The notes beneath the pieces are model-generated. The model was not told the origin of the DNA and ran no database searches. It worked only from the letters and a program-made list of their open reading frames with translations. A program made the translations under genes and the position numbers. Of a stretch of DNA of 42,225 nucleotides, positions 38,599-42,225 are shown piece after piece. This DNA comes from a virus (Duplodnaviria > Caudoviricetes): positions 1 through 42,225 of IMG/VR virus record IMGVR_UViG_3300046495_000035; one strand, 5' to 3'. Each line of letters begins with the position of its first letter. Within the stretch, counting starts at the first letter, position 1.

Positions 38599-38924
38599 AC
38601 CTGAAATTGCTTCGAGCGTTTAGAGAGTTCGTATCTGAAGTCAGTCTTTACGAGGCGCATGTTCGCCCCAGCGCGGATGTTTTGCTTCCCTTGCTCGACG
38701 AAGAGATTGCGATGGAGGAGGAGAACATGGCTTGCACTTGCTGTGTGAAGAAACTCGTAGTTACACGACCGGCAGATGCTTGGTGTTCATGCGATTGTGC
38801 CTGTCACAGAGATAAAGAACACATCTGCCCCCTCGCCCCCAAGCCAGAGAAGAAACATTGCCGTTGGTGCGTGGCAAATCATCACGAAATACCAGAAGGC
38901 AGAGATGCCTGCGAAGGAATCTAA
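38595..38924 (+). CDS. Cys/His-rich hypothetical protein
   Basis: ATG 38595; CTCC, CSCDCACH, CRWC. Confidence 0.6.
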   Translation: MNLKLLRAFREFVSEVSLYEAHVRPSADVLLPLLDEEIAMEEENMACTCCVKKLVVTRPADAWCSCDCACHRDKEHICPLAPKPEKKHCRWCVANHHEIPEGRDACEGI

Positions 38925-38928
38925 ACCT

Positions 38929-39144
38929 ATGGTGAAGACCGAAGAGAAGCTCCTCTACCAAATCCCAAAGGGTTCATTGATATGGTTCAAGCCAAAATCA
39001 GGCAAAAGGATTCTCCTAACATTCAAAAATCTGGATGGCATGTACAGCTACTGCACCACGAGTAGGAACGGAGTGGTTCACCTATCCGCCAATACTCCAC
39101 TCGTAAAAGGTAAGGACGAGGTATACGAAATCGTAAATGTATGA
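38929..39144 (+). CDS. Hypothetical protein
   Basis: ATG 38929; LDGMYSYC…VVHLSANTP. Confidence 0.65.
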   Translation: MVKTEEKLLYQIPKGSLIWFKPKSGKRILLTFKNLDGMYSYCTTSRNGVVHLSANTPLVKGKDEVYEIVNV

Positions 39145-39431
39145 ACATCAAAGAGAAGCTGGAGGCGATAATCAAAGCGTCGGGTTCCATGATTTTATGC
39201 GGAAAACACCCGACCGAGTGTGGCGAATGGCACGGCGTGTGTCCCGAAGCGGTAAAGGTCATCGCTATGGAGTTCGCCTGTGAGGTGCTGCGTTCGCTCG
39301 ACATTCCAGACCTTGACCACAGAAAAAATGATAGTGGGCATGAAACAATTGTCACGAATGAACGCAACCTGACGAATGGAGCCTGGAGGATTACCCGCGA
39401 CGCCTTAGTAGAACAATTGCGCTCCGTATGA
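39141..39431 (+). CDS. Hypothetical protein
   Basis: ATGA overlap with the previous gene. Confidence 0.6.
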   Translation: MNIKEKLEAIIKASGSMILCGKHPTECGEWHGVCPEAVKVIAMEFACEVLRSLDIPDLDHRKNDSGHETIVTNERNLTNGAWRITRDALVEQLRSV

Positions 39432-39445
39432 TTTCATGTTATCAT
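39417..39445 (+). promoter_or_regulatory. Candidate promoter for the HNH gene
   Basis: TTGCGC, 17 nt with TG, TATCAT, then 9 nt to ATG 39455. Confidence 0.5.
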
Positions 39446-39454
39446 AGTCGCACT

Positions 39455-39988
39455 ATGATTTCATACAATTGCTCTCAATGCGGAAAGAAACTATCTGGGT
39501 TCAAGAGTCACATCGAGAGATACAAGACACATTTCTGCTCTAGAAAATGCAGATATGAGTCACAGAAGGGGACGATGCAGACGCATGGCATGAGCCGAAC
39601 AAACTTCTACTCCGTGTGGAGAGGGATGTTCAACAGATGCGAAAACAAAAACCACAAACAATTTCCAGCTTACGGAGGTCGAGGAATAAAAATCTGTGAT
39701 AAGTGGTCGCAGTTTGAAAACTTTTACGATGACATGTTCCCAACATACAGAGTCGGTCTGTCACTCGATAGGATTGACAACAACGGCGCCTATTCAAAAA
39801 AGAATTGTCGATGGGCAACCCGTTCAATACAAAACACCAATAAAAGGAACACCGTATTCACCGTAGTAAACGGCGTGAGGGTTCCTCTGGCAAGAATCGA
39901 AAAAGCTAGGAGTGCAAAATATCAGCGTAGGTACAGGGAGGATAAGAAAAGAAATCTCATCAACAAATTACAAGGGAAGAAGGTATGA
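39455..39988 (+). CDS. HNH homing endonuclease with N-terminal Zn finger
   Basis: CSQC…FCSRKC; THGMS…WRGMFNRC…YGGRGIKIC…SLDRIDNNGAYSKKNCRWAT…QNTNKR. Confidence 0.9.
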   Translation: MISYNCSQCGKKLSGFKSHIERYKTHFCSRKCRYESQKGTMQTHGMSRTNFYSVWRGMFNRCENKNHKQFPAYGGRGIKICDKWSQFENFYDDMFPTYRVGLSLDRIDNNGAYSKKNCRWATRSIQNTNKRNTVFTVVNGVRVPLARIEKARSAKYQRRYREDKKRNLINKLQGKKV

Positions 39989-40173
39989 CCTATCGAAAAC
40001 TTCACACCGAATTGAAGAAGCTCGTCGAGAAGGGATACGGAAAACCTTGTAAACACACCTCTCTCGGTTGCCCTGTTTGCCGAGCGCACATCGCTCTTGA
40101 TACCTTGGATGATATGGCTGAGACTGAAGAATGGGCGAAGACAAAAGGATTCTGGGTTTCTAGGAAGGCATAG
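39985..40173 (+). CDS. Hypothetical protein
   Basis: YGKPC…GCPVC; ATGA overlap. Confidence 0.6.
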   Translation: MTYRKLHTELKKLVEKGYGKPCKHTSLGCPVCRAHIALDTLDDMAETEEWAKTKGFWVSRKA

Positions 40174-40195
40174 CATAAAAAGAAATAGTAGTCTC

Positions 40196-40352
40196 GATAG
40201 TTCCTTACTCGATTCGGGTGGTGGCGGAAAGGGTATACGCTTATGTGTCTGATATGGAATCGTATTCACATCCGATTGACATCGGAACAACAGCACATAT
40301 ACGAATTGCGAGGTTCGATTCCTCGCCCATCCGAATCGGGTAGGAAACTATC
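40196..40352 (+). ncRNA. tRNA-like RNA with extended acceptor stem and branched insert in the anticodon arm
   Basis: D arm TGGCGGAAAGGGTATACGC; T arm GCGAGG-TTCGATT-CCTCGC; acceptor CGGGTGG/CCATCCG extended to ~25 bp; no CCA. Confidence 0.75.
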
Positions 40353-40363
40353 CGAAGAAAACC

Positions 40364-40549
40364 TTGGTAGGGCGACATGAGCAAGTCGTAAAAAGGCTCA
40401 CACGACTAAACACCGTGGTCTGTCACGGTAAGCGATTGAATAGTGGGTGTTTATCACCTGTCACTCAACGCTTCTCCGTGCCAGTTCATAGCGAGGGGTC
40501 TGCAGCACGCCCTCACTTCGTCACAACGACTATGGGCTGGCACGGGGAA
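40364..40549 (+). ncRNA. Structured RNA domains downstream of the tRNA-like element
   Basis: Pseudoknot 40373-40400; hairpin ACCGTGG/TCACGGT; irregular hairpin 40430-40473; 19-bp stem 40473-40491/40530-40548 closing a 3-way junction. Confidence 0.65.
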
Positions 40550-40574
40550 TTGTTCTCCGATGGGGAGGTGGAGC

Positions 40575-40757
40575 GTGGTTATTTCGTGCTGTGTCTGCCA
40601 GACCGTGTTGGGGGAGAAGGAACCGTTGGAGGACACGAGAGAAACCTCGACATACTGTGAACCGTGTTTCCAGACTGTCTGCCCCACTTGTATTTTGTGC
40701 GGTGAAGATACGGATGGCCATGCGCTTTGCGACTCATGTTCAAATGAGTGCGGATAG
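40575..40757 (+). CDS. Cys-rich Zn-binding microprotein
   Basis: SD GGAGGTG, GTG start; CCVC, CEPC, CPTCILC, CDSC. Confidence 0.65.
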   Translation: MVISCCVCQTVLGEKEPLEDTRETSTYCEPCFQTVCPTCILCGEDTDGHALCDSCSNECG

Positions 40758-40865
40758 GGCGTGCTATACTGGGTTTACGTGGAATGAACCCCACGCATAA
40801 CCCATTTTTCTATCCTGCTGGACGTGGAAACACGTCGGTTCATCGGCAGGATTGAAAAGCTGGTT

Positions 40866-41213
40866 ATGAGATTTTGCATAGACTGTAAGAAGTTCAAGAA
40901 AGTAACCTACGTCAAAAAAAGAGGTAAGGAAAAGACCTCTTATCGCTGTCGTGAGTGCAACACGAAGATTTGCAAGAAGTACCGTGACGCTGGAGGTATG
41001 AAGCCGATAAGGGAACGGATAGAAAAATACGAAAAAGCCAACCCAGAAAAACGCCGAGCTTGGAACCTCGCGAAGGAAATACCTCTCATGCCCTGCGAGA
41101 CCTGCGGTACTACAAAAAAAATCCACAGGCATCACGACGATTACACAAAACCAATGCAAGTACGTTTTCTCTGTCCAGCTCACCACAAGCAAGCACACAT
41201 GAAAGAGAAGTGA
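40866..41213 (+). CDS. Zn-finger HNH-like endonuclease, paralog of 36101..36523
   Basis: CIDC…CREC; PCETCG…HHDDYTKPMQVRFLCPAHH. Confidence 0.8.
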   Translation: MRFCIDCKKFKKVTYVKKRGKEKTSYRCRECNTKICKKYRDAGGMKPIRERIEKYEKANPEKRRAWNLAKEIPLMPCETCGTTKKIHRHHDDYTKPMQVRFLCPAHHKQAHMKEK

Positions 41214-41237
41214 TAAACTACAAGTAGGAGGTTCGCC

Positions 41238-41414
41238 ATGAAAAGCGAAGTCACCTGCACCAAGTGCCAGAAGAAAGTTCCCTATCTGAAGTCTGAGTAC
41301 CTTGCCAACGGGAAGTGCGTCTGCATGAACTGCTACCGTGAGATGACCCAAGCGGTCATCGTTCACAAGGAGGCGGAGAATGACGACAACGAGAACCTGC
41401 TCAAAATGCCGTAA
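41238..41414 (+). CDS. 58-aa Zn-ribbon microprotein (absent from ORF track)
   Basis: SD AGGAGG; MKSEVTCTKC…CVCMNCY. Confidence 0.75.
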   Translation: MKSEVTCTKCQKKVPYLKSEYLANGKCVCMNCYREMTQAVIVHKEAENDDNENLLKMP

Positions 41415-41574
41415 GGATATTCCGAGCGACATGGGACACGCCTTCATCGCGGAGAAAATCTACTGCTTGTCCTGTCTGACGGCTAGTTGGCAATCGCCGA
41501 ACGAAAAGCCCGCGCTCAAGAGCTTCACTCCCACTCCTGAGAAATTCCCAAAAGGGGAAGACAGGGGTCGCTGA
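41380..41574 (+). CDS. Zn-ribbon microprotein
   Basis: SD AGGAGG; CSKC…YCLSC. Confidence 0.7.
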   Translation: MTTTRTCSKCRKDIPSDMGHAFIAEKIYCLSCLTASWQSPNEKPALKSFTPTPEKFPKGEDRGR

Positions 41575-41747
41575 TGACCGTCATCGTCCTGCGTGCTTGC
41601 CACATCTGTTCCAAAATCTTCGATGCCTCTGTGAGTGGAGACGGAAACCCCGTGATAAAGAAAGTCGTTATCACACTCTGTCCCGAACACGAGCCACCCG
41701 AAGATGATTCGCTCTTTCAGCAGGAACAGCCAGAAGGGGCGATGTAA
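41574..41747 (+). CDS. 57-aa Zn-ribbon microprotein (absent from ORF track)
   Basis: TGATG coupling; CHIC…LCPEH. Confidence 0.65.
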   Translation: MTVIVLRACHICSKIFDASVSGDGNPVIKKVVITLCPEHEPPEDDSLFQQEQPEGAM

Positions 41748-41758
41748 GCCCCTTTTTT
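41734..41758 (+). terminator. Intrinsic terminator
   Basis: AAGGGGC-gatgtaa-GCCCCTT followed by a T run. Confidence 0.75.
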
Positions 41759-41769
41759 CTATGAAAATT

Positions 41770-41886
41770 ATGAAATGCAGTCGTTGCAAAATGAATGTTT
41801 CCAAACTCTTGGCTACCGCCGATGGTAAAAAACTTTGCGTCCAATGCCTTTCCAACCTCATAAAATATGGGATTGGGAAAAAGTAA
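41770..41886 (+). CDS. 38-aa Zn-ribbon microprotein
   Basis: MKCSRC…KLCVQC; the start could be 41761. Confidence 0.55.
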   Translation: MKCSRCKMNVSKLLATADGKKLCVQCLSNLIKYGIGKK

Positions 41887-42220
41887 CCGCTCGGCTCGCT
41901 TGTGAAATGTTTTTTGTGTATCATGGAACCTAAATAAGCGGGCGACGGTGCTTTGCGAGTGACCAGCACCGGATAAACCCCTCGGAAAAGTCGTTTGCTG
42001 GATGATAAAATTGCCCGCTCTGTCCCACCGGCTGACAACGGGCGACCTCATTATCCAGTAAGAGATAACACGGCTAGGTTGGAGGAATGTAATGAGATTC
42101 TCTCTTGACCAAGCTCGCCTCGCTTCACAGATTCTCCGTTTCCCGTGGTATGAGGGGAACAGAGCCGGCAGACCCTAAGTGTCGCACATTATTTGTGGAC
42201 ACTTGTTTTATTAGTAAACA
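41887..42220 (+). ncRNA. Highly structured non-coding region, possibly truncated by the window end
   Basis: GCTCGCTTG/TAAGCGGGC; TTGCTGGATGAT/ATTATCCAGTAA enclosing TTGCCCG/CGGGCGA; GTTTCCC/GGGGAAC; AAGTGTC-CACA/TGTG-GACACTT. Confidence 0.55.
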
Positions 42221-42225
42221 CAGCG

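Noticed and set aside
40373-40440. Pistol ribozyme resemblance (short stem + TAAA, TAAGCG)
   Set aside because: The required pseudoknot partner before GCG and the P2/P3 arrangement could not be fitted.
40364-40660. 98-aa TTG-start ORF and the 5' extension of ORF 40443
   Set aside because: They overlap strongly base-paired RNA; the SD-led GTG at 40575 explains the Cys-rich portion.
40771-40832. Two ACGTGGAA half-matches to parS
   Set aside because: Too many mismatches and not palindromic.
1-42225. Alternative genetic code, integrase/att site, or diversity-generating retroelement
   Set aside because: Genes are full length in code 11 with TGA, TAG and TAA all used as stops; I saw no recombinase, reverse transcriptase or TR/VR repeat pair.

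Overview
Nearly complete genome of a tailed dsDNA phage with podovirus-like (P22-type) architecture, almost all on the + strand. The window starts inside an N6/N4 DNA methyltransferase gene and ends in structured non-coding sequence. Gene order: MTase with an HNH endonuclease overprinted inside it, TerL, portal, scaffold, capsid decoration protein and major capsid protein, then surface proteins with Gly-X-Thr collagen-like repeats, a beta-helix fibre, holin candidates, a C39-like endolysin and a GT2-TPR-GT glycosyltransferase. Tail/nozzle and ejection proteins follow. The early region holds a ParB-like protein, a PD-(D/E)xK exonuclease, RusA, several HNHs and many Zn-finger microproteins. I recognised no integrase, DNA polymerase, helicase, primase or CRISPR array. 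Most genes lack a Shine-Dalgarno sequence and start in a T-ATG context, which suggests (inference) a Patescibacteria/CPR-like host; TGA is used as a stop. Most notable: (1) an HNH gene fully nested in an alternate frame of a still-open MTase gene, with its own candidate internal promoter; (2) a perfect chromosomal parS palindrome hidden in an ejection-protein gene, plus intergenic DnaA boxes; (3) a cluster of structured RNAs, including a tRNA-like molecule with a branched insert in place of the anticodon loop and a greatly extended acceptor stem; (4) a pseudoknot motif present twice with covarying stems; (5) a probable virion-glycosylation module resembling spore BclA/SgtA systems. All calls were made by eye, with no database searches.
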